Assembly (NCBI GenBank): GCA_032718475.1 | Contig: JAUCBJ010005227.1 | Coordinates: 1-44,675 of the forward strand | Reading direction: 5' to 3' | DNA from: Nemertoderma westbladi | Taxonomy: Eukaryota > Animalia > Xenacoelomorpha | DNA length: 44,675 bases | Shown here: piece by piece, positions 23,991 to 35,900 of the stretch | Layout of the letters: the number at the start of each line of letters is the position of its first letter | Position numbering within the stretch: position 1 is the first letter of the stretch | Notes under the pieces: model-generated | Database searches by the model: none | Told to the model about the DNA's origin: nothing | The model's input: only the letters and a program-made list of their open reading frames with translations | Program-made: the position numbers and the translations under genes

Positions 23991-25182
23991 TGTTCGCGCT
24001 TTCAGACCTTTGGCAGTTTAACCCGCCAAATTAGGATGTCTTCTAGATATTAAATCGCCTTTTAGCCTATGACAAGTATTTGATTCACTACACTAGTCGA
24101 AACCAATCTGTGCGCGATCATTCACCCGCTGGTTATACCCGGGAGATTGGGTTCGACGGCTTAATCTTATTGCTATGTAAGCCTAATGTATTATTCGACT
24201 GACAGTATTATATAATCTCTGACAATATTATTCACCTTCGGGGAATATTAACAGTTCCTTTAGGACGTGGCGCTCTATCTATATAAACAGAGTTATGACT
24301 TATACTACTCACAACGATATGGTTTAGTTATAATTCACATATATGGCGCATTCTTTAGGAAATGCTTCTTTAACAGACTCACTCATACACAATGCTGCAC
24401 AATACTGCACACTAATCTGCCGATCTTCACTGATTTTAGTCACATATAAAAGGAACACAGACTGACTCATGTAGGGTCTATCAAATAACATTCGATTCAC
24501 TTCAAACCACTTTAACATAAGTCACAATCGTTTATCTGTAACCTTTCTCTCTTACCTTCGGTATATCAAGAATATTGGGTTTCGGGGTTATTTATCGTTA
24601 TTCCAAATATAATAATTCATCAACCATATTATGAAGAACTGACAGTAAATAGCAGTATAAAACAACAAGTGACTACTGATTGTTATGAGTTTGCAATGTT
24701 TCAGCAGTGTTTGCAGAGTGATATTCACAGTTAAAGGATATATGTCCTTATAATTAAACCTACTAGTGTTGAGCTAAAAAGCAGAAAAGCACAAAACACT
24801 ATAAAGCCGTTCTTTCGTGGCTTTGAAAAACTCGTGACTACTACTCTATACGAGGATACCAACTACACTTATTCCACGAAGCTCCCGTTCAACACAGAGA
24901 AAGAGCAGTGAGATAGGAAAATTTCAGTTCAGTAGCTCTGTGATAGGTCAAAATCAAGGCTAACTCAAATTCTATTGGGAGATACAAAAACAGGGCTATG
25001 ACGCAACCTTCCTAGGCTGGTTGGCCGATTAAACAGAGCCCAGATACCTGCGTACAGCAAATCAGCCAATAAGCTGGTAGCTTGCACTATTTTAACTATA
25101 GATCCCTTTTTGAGTATTCTAGCGACCGGGGGGAACTGGCCAGCAAAGCAAACGAACCAGTTATCCCACAAAAGCTTTTACA
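23991..25182 (-). repeat. 3' LTR (1192 bp)
   Basis: TGTTCGCG...CTTTTACA on +; matches 41318-43306 apart from the MITE and one substitution seen by eye (24303). Confidence 0.97.
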
Positions 25183-25190
25183 CCGCTCCC
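25183..25190 (-). promoter_or_regulatory. Short polypurine-tract candidate (GGGAGCGG) abutting the 3' LTR
   Basis: Purine-rich octamer immediately 5' of the LTR TG on the sense strand. Confidence 0.6.
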
Positions 25191-25260
25191 AGAAAATGGG
25201 ATTTAAGTCTATAAAATATACAAAATCACAGTTTCTAAAATATAAAAATACTCTAAACAG

Positions 25261-26860
25261 TTAGTCTTTCTTGCGCGGACGGCATTTACGCAGTTTCTTG
25301 AGGCTAGCAAGAGTCCTTTTCTCTTTGGGGCGAGCCACTTTATGAGGAGGGCTGTAGCTCCTAGGCGAAGGGTGCAATACGATTGCATCAGAAGGTGTAG
25401 GATTACGATCGGTATACCCGCCGGTCGAAGTACCTGGTTGATTAATATCAACCTCAGTGGAGCGAGATCTAACGGCCTTTAGGGCGCGTCTCAGGACAGC
25501 AGCTCCTACGGGTCCTTGACGGGTCGTCTGGACACTAGCGGTGGGTGGACCGTGAGTGGTGAGGAACTTTCTCGGTTTAATGGTTCTCTCCAGCTCGCGT
25601 TCTCGGGTTCGATATTCATATGGTCGCCGAGATATTTCCTGTAGTTCAGGATGCGAGTTTACAAAGATGTCGCCATACTCAGGGTCCTGACGTATAAAAT
25701 TGATCAGGTGATAGGTGGTTATATCATTAGGGTTGACGTTTCTAAGGTATTTTCTGACAAACTTGGTGGAAATACACTCACCAACACGCTTCATTAACTC
25801 GTAACTTGGTACGCGTGTTTTCTGTTCAATCGACGCGAATAGGTAAGGATGGAACGCGTAAACTCCCTCGTAAGCTCGTCCAGGGTAGTAGCGATGTCGG
25901 GATTCGCAATGTAAATCCGCATTCGCTTCCCAAGCTCGGATGTATCGCAGGGTGATCATCTCGTCTACGCTCTCTAAATCACGATTAAAGGGACAATTGT
26001 AACTTTCATGTCCTTTAAGTTGACAGTAGTGACATTGAGTCATAAATTGTGGGCAGACGGCAAAAATATGAGAGTTATTAAGTCTGCAATAAGCACAATA
26101 TATTTCCATCATCGGTTGTTCGAGGAAATAGGAGCAAGGTGCGTTGGAGTCGAGAGGGGTGAAGTGGTCTCTTGATGCGCATAATCGACAACGTTTTCGA
26201 GAAACGTAGTTGGCGTGTCGATAATCGTACGCTGTGAGACGTTGTGGACCTTGATACCACTCTATGACATAATCATTGTCACTGCTCCGGGAAGCTGTAG
26301 GCTGAATCGCTTCTGATTCCAAGCATACTGGCTCATCCTCCAGCTGCATAGACGAAGTGGGTGCGTCTGTTTCCGTAAGTGGACCCACTGTCTGTATTTC
26401 CACGACAGAATATCCTGTAGGTATTCGAGGTCTTTGTATAACAGATGAATGTAAGTTCTGTATACAAATGTCTTGAAAAACAGCAAATCCAGCGCTACTC
26501 AGTTTCTCCGCAGCTGAGTCTCTCAGACTGAGTTTGGTCAGCGTGCGGTCCTTGAACTGACTATCGACGTTACGGAACGGAGTCAGAAAGCGCCGGAAAC
26601 ATTCGAAACGTATAAACTTATTGTGTTCGTCTAACTTGGCGAGTTTAGTTCCAAGTATTAATGGGTGAGCGCGTATGGTACGACTGCACACATCGGCTAG
26701 CCAACCGGCAAGTGCTGCATTCTCAAAGATCGTGTATATAGCTAAGGAAGGACGAAGTGGAACACTCATAAAGCTATATACGGCACCAGGCGCAGTTAAC
26801 GGTCCATCAAAATATAGGCGAGAGTAATGATCTCCATATACTTGCTGGTAATTGATAGGA
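25261..26860 (-). CDS. Cargo ORF, C-terminal part: ExoIII-like motif, three CCHC-type zinc fingers, basic tail
   Basis: Part of ORF 25261..26994: PLRPSLAIYTIFENA; CRLCASRDH...C, CAYCRLNNSHIFAVC, CHYCQLKGHESYNC; KKLRKCRPRKKD tail. Confidence 0.75.
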
Positions 26861-29512
26861 TTTCCAACCAAAATTCCATCCATATTCTTGAAAGGCAAGA
26901 TGTCCGATGGATGTCCATTGTACTTTAGTAATGCCGCTGGGTGTATTGGCATACATAGTGCGAAAGAAACCTCGGCCTTCGGCCCAAGGAGCAATCAGCT
27001 GAGTATCAACGAAAGGGTATGGAATGTTCTCCATATTCCGGAAGTCGTTTTGGAGATCTCCATAAACAGCTGAGCCGATTTTTAGAATTCTTTCGTTAAA
27101 CAACATTTCGAGTACAGGTTGGGGTAACATTGATCCATCGATACCCATGGCCGGTTTGCGCTCGGTGTCGGTGACGTAACGCTGCGCGAGCTCGAATTGT
27201 CCATGTCGAAGTTTCTTTTGTATCTCTGTAAGAGTTTCAAAAGAATAATCAATCACGTCGGAACACGCTCGAGTGAATACGTGGGTGGAACCAGCGAGTC
27301 CTCGTATATGTATCATTCGCGTAGTTCCTAGTTCTCCCACCGGAACGCTACCTTCGTTGTCATAAGTAACAACGCCATACATCTCGATAACGTTAAGAGT
27401 TTCGTTCCATTCTTTAGTGGCGTTTTCGAGAGTCATTCCCACTGGATGCCACAAAGTAGCGCACTCGTTAGCATTGGGTAAATCTTTATACTTTAAGCAT
27501 TGTGTAGTATAGGTTTCCACATCTCCATATCGTTTTATTCTTTCTTCCTCGAATAACACGTCAAGATTCCAGTGCACTAATCGAGTTTTAATGAATCCAT
27601 CAAGATTGTACGGCGGTGATATTTCTTTCTCTATTCTAGAAATATTATACGGTTTTCGAAATGAGTTTAGTTTAACTAGCTGATCTAGGTGTTTTTGTAG
27701 TTGTTCGAGTTCGACAAGATCGAGAGGATTGATTAATGGTAGGAACCTCAGACTATGCGTAGGATCTTCAGGTTTCACCATGTAATATTGCTTCAAATTG
27801 ACGTAATAAGGGTGATCCTTAATTCCATAAAATGAGTCCGGCAAAGGTCTAGCGCGTATGTTAACATCGTGCACCATGCGACGGACAAGATCCGCTCTAT
27901 TGTCCGGAGGCTCAACAAGTAAACCATCTACACGAGCGGCCTCGATGGGTGGACGTTGTAGCATGGGAGCGTCAGCAACGAGCTCGTGAGATCTGAGATC
28001 AGTATTAACCGGTTGAGGCTGTACCGTAGCAAAGAGCTTGTCTTTAAACTGAGGAACCATCGAGGGGTGGAGGATCGTTTTGGAATAGAGATCCGTCACT
28101 AGAATTTGAGCTTCTGGTTGGGCTAAAGCTGCTTCTTCCCTCTCAGTCAGCTCTATATGTCTCTCCTCGAGCTGATTTTCCTCCGCTTGTTGTTGCAAGC
28201 GCTCGTCCAGGAATTCCTGTAAAGAGTAGGTTCGTCCACGTTCGATGTCCTCCTCTAGATTTTGTATTTCTCTATCGAACTGGGGTAAAGCTAGTTCTTT
28301 CACCGCTTGGACTTGTTGTTGCAATTTACGTTTCTCCAAGCAATCGTAAGTTCCTTTTCCGATTTTCTGCCGAATAGCGTCCAATGCATTTCGTATCACG
28401 CTCTCTTCGACTTCTGTAACAGGTTGGATCGGAGGAAGGCCAGGACGGTTGTAGGGGTTAAAAGGTGATATTAGATGACCGCGTCCTAGTCCAGCGAGGT
28501 AAGGTCGGCGAATATCCAACGAACCCACTACCGGAGTGCCACCAATCAACTGTTCAGGTAACACTAGATCTTTGAACAGTGAGTACAGTTTGGGAGGATC
28601 CGTAATACTATTAGGGTCTAAATTTTGAGGTATCACTTGTGAATGGGGAGGTCTGACCGAGTATTCCGGAACTCTGATCATGGGTTTATTCAATGATCGC
28701 TTAAGGCGCGCGACCGTAGGTGATACGTCGAAAAGGTTACGCTCGAAACTCCCATAAGTATATCGCGTAGAACTGTGTTTAGCGCAACGTCTCCGAGGAT
28801 GTTTATGCCTTTCGATTTGCTGGTTAGGTCTAGGGCATTCGTCACAGTAATACCAAAGACGCACGTCTTGAAGGGGAAACGCGGGTGATCGCTCTCCAGT
28901 TTTACAATATTCCTCCATCTGTTCGAAGCTATCTGGAACGACAGGTAGCGGTCGATCGGCGGTAAGATACATCATCGTAAAATAGAGCCGTTTGAGTTCC
29001 ATTATAGGATCTGGATGTATACCTTGAGGATATCGAGTTTCGAGGTTTTGTTGACTGGCAACATTGAGATAGGTCTCTCGTAAGAATTCTAGATAATCGT
29101 TGAAACCGTTACGTTTATCAGGTTCTTCAACGTCTTCTCTTTCGAGTTTGTTTCGAATAGAGTTCTTGTGTTCTATTCTCGATTTATCGTTTCGACTCCG
29201 CTGGGTATGATATTTAAATAAAACCATTTCCCTTTCGGTGTCTACATCGTCCGTATCGTGTAAATCGATAGGGTGACCAGTAGTCAAGAAGTCCATATAC
29301 GTACCATTACGATGCGTATAGCGAGCCGTGAACTTTCTATAATCCAATTCACGCGTAAGCTGCTCCTGGGACATTGGCGGTTCGATATAACGACCATCGT
29401 CCTCCGTAGTAGTTGGATCAGCGTCGCCGCGTATCAAGCTATCGACGAACGCTTGTAAAGGTAGAGTATATCTCTCCCTGATACCAAGATCATCTTCTAT
29501 TAATTCAGTCAT
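26807..29512 (-). CDS. Cargo ORF, N-terminal part (901 aa): unknown region, coiled coil, DEDDy 3'-5' exonuclease motifs I-II
   Basis: VVTYDNEG (ExoI DxE), LPQPVLEMLFNERILKIGSAVYGD (ExoII, WRN-like), FVDTQ, SIGHLA. No signal peptide or TM segment seen. Confidence 0.75.
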   Translation of the reverse strand: MTELIEDDLGIRERYTLPLQAFVDSLIRGDADPTTTEDDGRYIEPPMSQEQLTRELDYRKFTARYTHRNGTYMDFLTTGHPIDLHDTDDVDTEREMVLFKYHTQRSRNDKSRIEHKNSIRNKLEREDVEEPDKRNGFNDYLEFLRETYLNVASQQNLETRYPQGIHPDPIMELKRLYFTMMYLTADRPLPVVPDSFEQMEEYCKTGERSPAFPLQDVRLWYYCDECPRPNQQIERHKHPRRRCAKHSSTRYTYGSFERNLFDVSPTVARLKRSLNKPMIRVPEYSVRPPHSQVIPQNLDPNSITDPPKLYSLFKDLVLPEQLIGGTPVVGSLDIRRPYLAGLGRGHLISPFNPYNRPGLPPIQPVTEVEESVIRNALDAIRQKIGKGTYDCLEKRKLQQQVQAVKELALPQFDREIQNLEEDIERGRTYSLQEFLDERLQQQAEENQLEERHIELTEREEAALAQPEAQILVTDLYSKTILHPSMVPQFKDKLFATVQPQPVNTDLRSHELVADAPMLQRPPIEAARVDGLLVEPPDNRADLVRRMVHDVNIRARPLPDSFYGIKDHPYYVNLKQYYMVKPEDPTHSLRFLPLINPLDLVELEQLQKHLDQLVKLNSFRKPYNISRIEKEISPPYNLDGFIKTRLVHWNLDVLFEEERIKRYGDVETYTTQCLKYKDLPNANECATLWHPVGMTLENATKEWNETLNVIEMYGVVTYDNEGSVPVGELGTTRMIHIRGLAGSTHVFTRACSDVIDYSFETLTEIQKKLRHGQFELAQRYVTDTERKPAMGIDGSMLPQPVLEMLFNERILKIGSAVYGDLQNDFRNMENIPYPFVDTQLIAPWAEGRGFFRTMYANTPSGITKVQWTSIGHLAFQEYGWNFGWKSYQLPASIWRSLLSPIF

Positions 29513-30340
29513 ATCTGCTATACGAGTTCACCAATATTATAATGAGTTTATATATCGTTAGGCGAGCGGGCGTCGCTGCCTATTTCTCCCTTGCCCCCGG
29601 ACAGTAGGAGATTCTCAGCACCGATGTACCGCTGTAGCTGTACTTTCGCCAACGACGTAGCTGTACAACGACAACGATAACCGGCACAAGTCACTCCACT
29701 GTCCGTCCCAAAGGCTTAGATGTACTTCAGGTTTTCCTTGGAGAGTTAGGTTACTTTTACGATTGCGACTAGCTACTGTAAACACACTTTAGCAGTAACA
29801 TTCACCTATAAACTCACAAATACCACACAACTTGTCACAACTACACACATTCGGGCCATTTGTCCGTTAGTCAATGCCTTCCAGAATGCCACTGTATTGT
29901 GATGTATCCTTGGATACTAGCAGTGCGCTATTTATTCCCTATGCTATTCAATGGGACAAGCTTTCTATTGTTCTTTTAACTCAATTCTAATTCTAGCGTG
30001 GTTGTTGCTATGGTGACATTATGTAAAGCTAGCGGTAGAATTAGGGTAATTCCAATGCATACAGATCTGGGATGTTATTTAATAGTAATTCTTTAATAGT
30101 CAATGTCCTGTTTATACATAACTTTATGAATTTTATCGGCTATTGAATATGTTTGGGAGACTTTCGTACACGCATACGCATAATAATATAAATCTCCGCT
30201 CCCTTGATCTATTAATTAATGGAATTTTGGGAATGTTATAAATTGCGTAAAATGGCAATTTATTAAATTCATTAAAAGACATGAATTTAAATTTATTCCC
30301 TGAAATTTTATTATTTGATAATTAAATGGACATATTTTGA

Positions 30341-30640
30341 TTCTAGAACATGTCTGGGGACACAAGATCCTTAATTCTACGAAAATTGTCCTTTTAAGAA
30401 TATCGGTAAATGCTACGATATCTTAATTGACTAGAATTGTTGAAGGATCTGAATTTTACAGATTTTGACTTATTTGATTTGTAAATATTAACTAATTAAT
30501 ATTTGAGATGGGCACCGATTTATTCCAGAACTTGTCTGGGGACGTTAACCACTGATTCTATAATTTGTCTTTCAAGTATATCGGTGGGTGCCACGATATC
30601 TTAATCGACTAGAATTACAGATGGTCAAAGGGTTTAACAG
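30341..30640. repeat. Diverged ~180-bp-period direct repeat in the pol-cargo spacer
   Basis: AGAAC.TGTCTGGGGAC...TATCGGT...ACGATATCTTAAT.GACTAGAATT occurs twice. Confidence 0.8.
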
Positions 30641-31160
30641 ATTTATTTTGCGTTATACGCTACTGTTAAAGGGACATCACGCTACTATATGTATTATTTA
30701 ATATACGGTATGAGAGCAATATCGCACGAAGCAATGTCAGTGTGAAGAGGCAAGTCGTTTCCAAGGTCTACCCAGAGCTTGGTTTAGCCGAGACACGAGG
30801 ATCTGAACTTTGCATTCCTAATACTCTGCCTACCAATAATACTTGAATATAGTAGTGGCTTTATTGTACTTTAATAAGTACAGACATTTCATCTTACTGT
30901 AGTTACGTATTTATAATATAATACGGACAGTAAGGAAAGAGGAAAAGAATTATTTCTTGCCGTCGCACTAAATATAATATAAGTAATTACGTACGTAATA
31001 AACACGAATATATTGCACTATTCTACTAAATAATCGCTAAATAATATTCTACTAAATTAAATAAAACGATTATAATAAAATTACATAGTAATACATACAT
31101 AAATATAAAAATAATAAAATAATATAAAATAATAGAGTCACACGCCCACTCCGAACGATA

Positions 31161-32929
31161 TTAAGTTGGGGAGTCCCTAGATGTTGGTTGGATTAGGGAA
31201 GTGGTCGTGGGAAGAGTTTCTTGCCTTCCATAGTTTCCGGAGAGCTCTCTGTCTCTTTCCAGTAAACATAAACGACCCACTGGGCGATTGAGCTGTTGAG
31301 TCTCAAAGACTATCCCTGGTTTCTTAAAGTTTCGCCGCATGACGACGAGCTCTACTGATCGCACCAAACCATCGCTCGAGATATAAGTCTCGATGATACG
31401 TCCTGTTTGCCATCGCTTACGTGGGAGATCGGGGTCCACAATAAGCACCATGTCTCCAGCGCTGACGTTTTCTTGCTGCGCAAACCACTTAGTTAGAGTT
31501 GTAGAGTGGGCAGGTAGTGTTTCTCGAAATGGTCAGCGAAACGACGGGATAGCAACTGCATAAGTTGCCAAGTTCGACGGCAGTACTCGTCTCCATCTGT
31601 GATCTCCGATCGTGGGAGCATGGCTACGGGCTTCTTCAGTAGAAAGTGCGCGGGTGTTAGCGCTTCCAGGGAATCAGGATTTGAAGAGACTGGCATAAGC
31701 GGTCTTTCGTTGAGATAGGTGGCGATTTCCTCCATTAACGTCCGCAATAATTCGTCGGTGAGATAAGCGCGACAAGGCACAATAAAGTGGAACGCAGTCT
31801 TCACGCTTCTAATCAATCTCTCCCAACTTCCTCCCCACCAAGGGGCGTCGGCGGCGTTGAAGGTCCAGCTAGACGCTGTTATCTTTAGCTGATCATCCAC
31901 CTGTCTTTTGTTCCAGTCCTTCACGTAAGCTTGTATTTCGTTGTTGGCGCCAATGAAGTTCGTTCCCTTATCCGATCTCATCGTGTTACTGGTTCCGAAG
32001 CGAGCGATCTGTCGTCGTAAACTCAACACGAAGCTGTTGGTGGATAGATCGTTTACCATATCGAGATGGATAGCTCTACAAGTCATACAAACGAAGATGA
32101 CACACCATCTCTTGACTATAGTCCGGGCACGATATACTTCAATAGGGCCAAATAAATCCACACCGGTATTAGTAAAGGGTGGTTCATAGAAGCTTACTCT
32201 TTCCCTAGGTAATTCTGCCTCTCGCTGTGTTAAAGGCCTACTGAATGCTTTCCTACAGGGTATGCAGTTCCTAAGAACTTGGTTCAGAGCCCTACGGGGT
32301 TTATAAAAATAGTAGCGAGTTCGAATTTCGCTCAGAACTCGTTCTCTACCAGCATGGTACAGTTTGCTATGAACATCTACAATTATCTTGATTTGTATGT
32401 CAAGATTTCTAATAAGTATGGGAAACTTAGTGTCAAAGGATAATGGGGCGTTAGTGAGTCTATCTCCAACACGTATTAACCCATCTATCATGGTGCTAGA
32501 GAAGCGATCCCTTAAGCGCATCTGCGGATTTCTTAACAACAGGAAATACTTATCGGAATCCTCATAACATTGTAGTAGTCTCAGCATCTGTTTGTTGGTT
32601 TCATCATGCTCCTGGTAACTGATCTTCTCTTTTAGAAACCTGTCGGATATCTTGTACTTAGGAAGATCTTTAACAACATGGACTCGTGCAGATGTTGATG
32701 GAGCATCATCACTATTGGTCTTTGCCCCGGAGTAACGATGATGAAAACATCGTTTCAAATAGGTAACAGCTTTACAGAGCCGATTCCAGGAACTGTAGTG
32801 ACGTATCGCTCTCTGCAAGAGAGGTGAGAGTCCTTGCGCGATATCTGGTATTCCAGATTTCCAATCCTTGTCACGGATTTCCAAGACTTCTTTGGTCGTG
32901 GCGGTGGGTTTCTGATCTAAAGCATCCGC
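31161..32929 (-). CDS. BEL integrase (HHCC, DDE core, C-terminal DUF5641-like region); frameshift at ~31493
   Basis: HSKLYHAG...CIPC, GVDLFGP, SDKGTNF, GGSWERLI, LTPAHFL, then TKW...GDMVL...WQTGRI...DGLVRSV in another frame. In frame with the upstream polyprotein across a TGA at 32930-32932. Confidence 0.93.
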
Positions 32930-35900
32930 TCAGGAAGTAAATAATACAGATAGATCAACCGCAGGTTTAAACAACTTCGATTTACTCGCTCGAGTTTTGG
33001 GTTTAACTTTCTCCGCTCCCTTGGCCTGTCTGATCTCTGCTGTTGTGAGGTGGGGAGGCCATTCTTCTTCTTCTTGGTAGAGAAAGTCGGGTCCTCCTAA
33101 CCATTCGGGAGTATTTACCAATTCCTTTGGAGTCGCTCCTCGGGAAGCGATGTCTGCTGGATTAATCGTTCCGGGGCAATGTCTCCATTGGTCCATCGTC
33201 GTGCGACTAAGTATGATGGCTACCCTGTTGGTAACGAAGACGCTGAACTGACAGACTTCATTGGTTATATACTCTAACACGAGTAAAGCGTCAGTCCAAT
33301 AGACAGTTTTCTCTAATGGATAGTCAATCTGTTCTGTTACATTCCGGCCGATGGCTGTAGCGTATAGAGCCGCCTTTAACTCCGCTCGAGGAACTTTCAA
33401 CTTGTTGTTGATTAATGCCTTAGAAGTAACCAAGGCGACTTTGATTCCATCCGGAGTTTCCACTCTTAGGTAGGCTACTATACCTATTCCCATATCGCTG
33501 GCGTCTCCAAACACATGGAGTTGATAGGAATACGTAGGGAGATCAGGACCAAAATATGAACGGGAAATTATAAAATCCTCGATAGCCGGTAGAGAATCTT
33601 CCCATTTCATCCACTTCTTTAATAATTCTCCCTTAAGTGGATCGTCCCATGAGTGGTTTTCAAGCCACATTTGTTGTACCAAACTCCGAGCAATCAATAT
33701 AACTGGGCTAATAAATCCCAATGGATCGAAATAAGTGCTCAGTATACTTAAGCAAATCCGTTTGGTTCGAACTGGATTATCTCGCTGTTTTAGTTGGAAA
33801 AACAGGATATCTCTCTCTGTGTCCCATTTCAAGCCGAGTGTCTTGGTTTCTGGCAGATCATCTTTGATCAAATCGAGATCTTTCGCTCCTCGATCCTCCG
33901 CAGGGATCGACTCCAGAAACTCACGGGAGTTGCTGGTGAATTTCGTTAATCGAAACCCACCTCTTTTTAAGCACTCTACCGTTCCTTTAGCGACCTCAAT
34001 GGCTTCTTCAACTGATGGAAGGGACTTCAGATTGTCGTCCATGTATATGTCCCTCTTGATGTTGTCGATCACTTCCTTAGAGAAGGCCTCTCGGTTGTCC
34101 TCTGCAGTGGTACGCACTACTGAACAGGCGTTGGAAGGGCTTGAGATTATACCAAAGGCCTGGATAGTCATCCAGTACTCCACCGGTTTCTGGTTGAGGT
34201 CTCCTTCGGGCCACCATAGAAATCGTAAGCTATCTCGATCCCTATCCAACACTTTGACTTGCAAGAACATGCCTTCTATATCGGAGGCGAAAGCAATCGA
34301 ATATTGTCTCAATCTTAAAAGAATTCCCAACAAAGATTGAAGTAAGTTGGGTCCGGGTAACAATTCAGAGTTAAGGGATTGACCCATGTAAAGAGCGGAG
34401 CCATCAAACACTACTCTCACTTCATTTGGTTTACCGGGTTTAGGAACGTAATGGTGAGTTAAATAATACGTTCTTTCAGTCACAGGTGTTTCTTCCGGTA
34501 CCCTCTCCGCGTATCCCTTATTAATAAATTTTTCCAGCTGTGTTTGATACATTGCTTTAACTGAAGAATTAGCCGTAAGGCGTCGATGGAGTTGCGCGAT
34601 TCTTTTTTCCGCCAAAGGTCTGTTATTGATGAACTTCGGTTCTTTCTTGCGAAAAGGTAAACCGACTTCATACCTACCTTGATCTTTGATGAAACGTGTA
34701 GTTGTCTCTTGGATCTGCTTGGCCCTTTCCTCTTCCACCGATAATGCTTTATCGTAGGAATTGGGCTCTACTGCCTCTTGCGTAAAGAATCGTACAGCAT
34801 GTTCATCTCGAGTCTTGGCATTACAACGCTCAATGACGTCATTTAACTCGTCGTTATAAGCTTCTCGTTCAGATGGATAAAGAAGTTGACATAAGTTTAC
34901 TTGGTTTTGCCAAGCCTCGTTTTCTTTAAGGAGATCGATGGTATTCTCCTCATCAAAAAGCTGGTGAATGTCGTCGTTATCTGAGGAGTATGGAGTTCCC
35001 TCAGTTAAATCGTCTCCTTCACTAGTATCCTCTTCCCATTCACTCACCTGGCAAACTCGCTCTTGCGGTAGTCTTTCTCTGAGTGTTCTACGGGAAGGTC
35101 CAGTAAAGTACCAACCTACTCTAGTTCTTACCGCATAGGTCTGTAGTGGCTGCGGTTGAGCAGGCCGTTTCTCTAATGTCTCCAGCGCCTCATGCGCGTT
35201 TTGGCCGATGAGTATTTGCACTCCAGGATAATCAGTCTGGAATCGAGGTATGTTAAGATGTTGGATGCTCTCATCCTCGTCCCAATTATAAAGGTCTGCT
35301 TGAGTAGTAGCGAAGTTCTTTATAGCCACCATTTTCACTGACCTGATGCTATGTTCTCCTAGTTCGTCCTGGGGGGTAGACAACGCTCCTACATAATAAT
35401 CCGCTGTTATTGTGGATTTCCAGACTTGCATAATGCCTGACATGTTGAGCGTAGTTCGGAACTTGGGTTGTCCAGCAAATATGTCTTCGGCTAGCTCTTG
35501 GTCGATGAATGTTCCTGTACTACCGGAGTCAAGGAGGGCGTTCACTACATAACTCCGTTTAGGTCCGTGAACCCTTACCTGTACCACAGGAAATTCTCTA
35601 ATCCCTACATTGGAAGATGGCTCTTTCCAAGATGGTTGTCGTTCAGAAGTAGTTAGAGTGAGGTCGCTGTCTGTATCTTTTTCATATGTGAGTGCTCGAT
35701 ACACTGCGGTATTTATCATGTAACAGGATTCGTTTTCGTCAGAGAACTCGTCTGTATAGAATCCTTCCATCTCAGATTGATCAGTGTCGTTTACATCACT
35801 GAATTGGACATGTAGCTCGGAATCACTTACCTGATTCGGACTATTTCGCTCGAATTCAGTGTGCAACAAGATATGATGTTTCGCACCACACTTTGCACAC

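Noticed and set aside
24267-25171. Short ORFs duplicated at 41594-43295
   Set aside because: A consequence of LTR identity; no protein motifs.
25261-29512. Cargo ORF as a retroviral envelope
   Set aside because: No signal peptide, TM anchor or glycoprotein-like cysteine pattern; nuclease and zinc-finger motifs instead.
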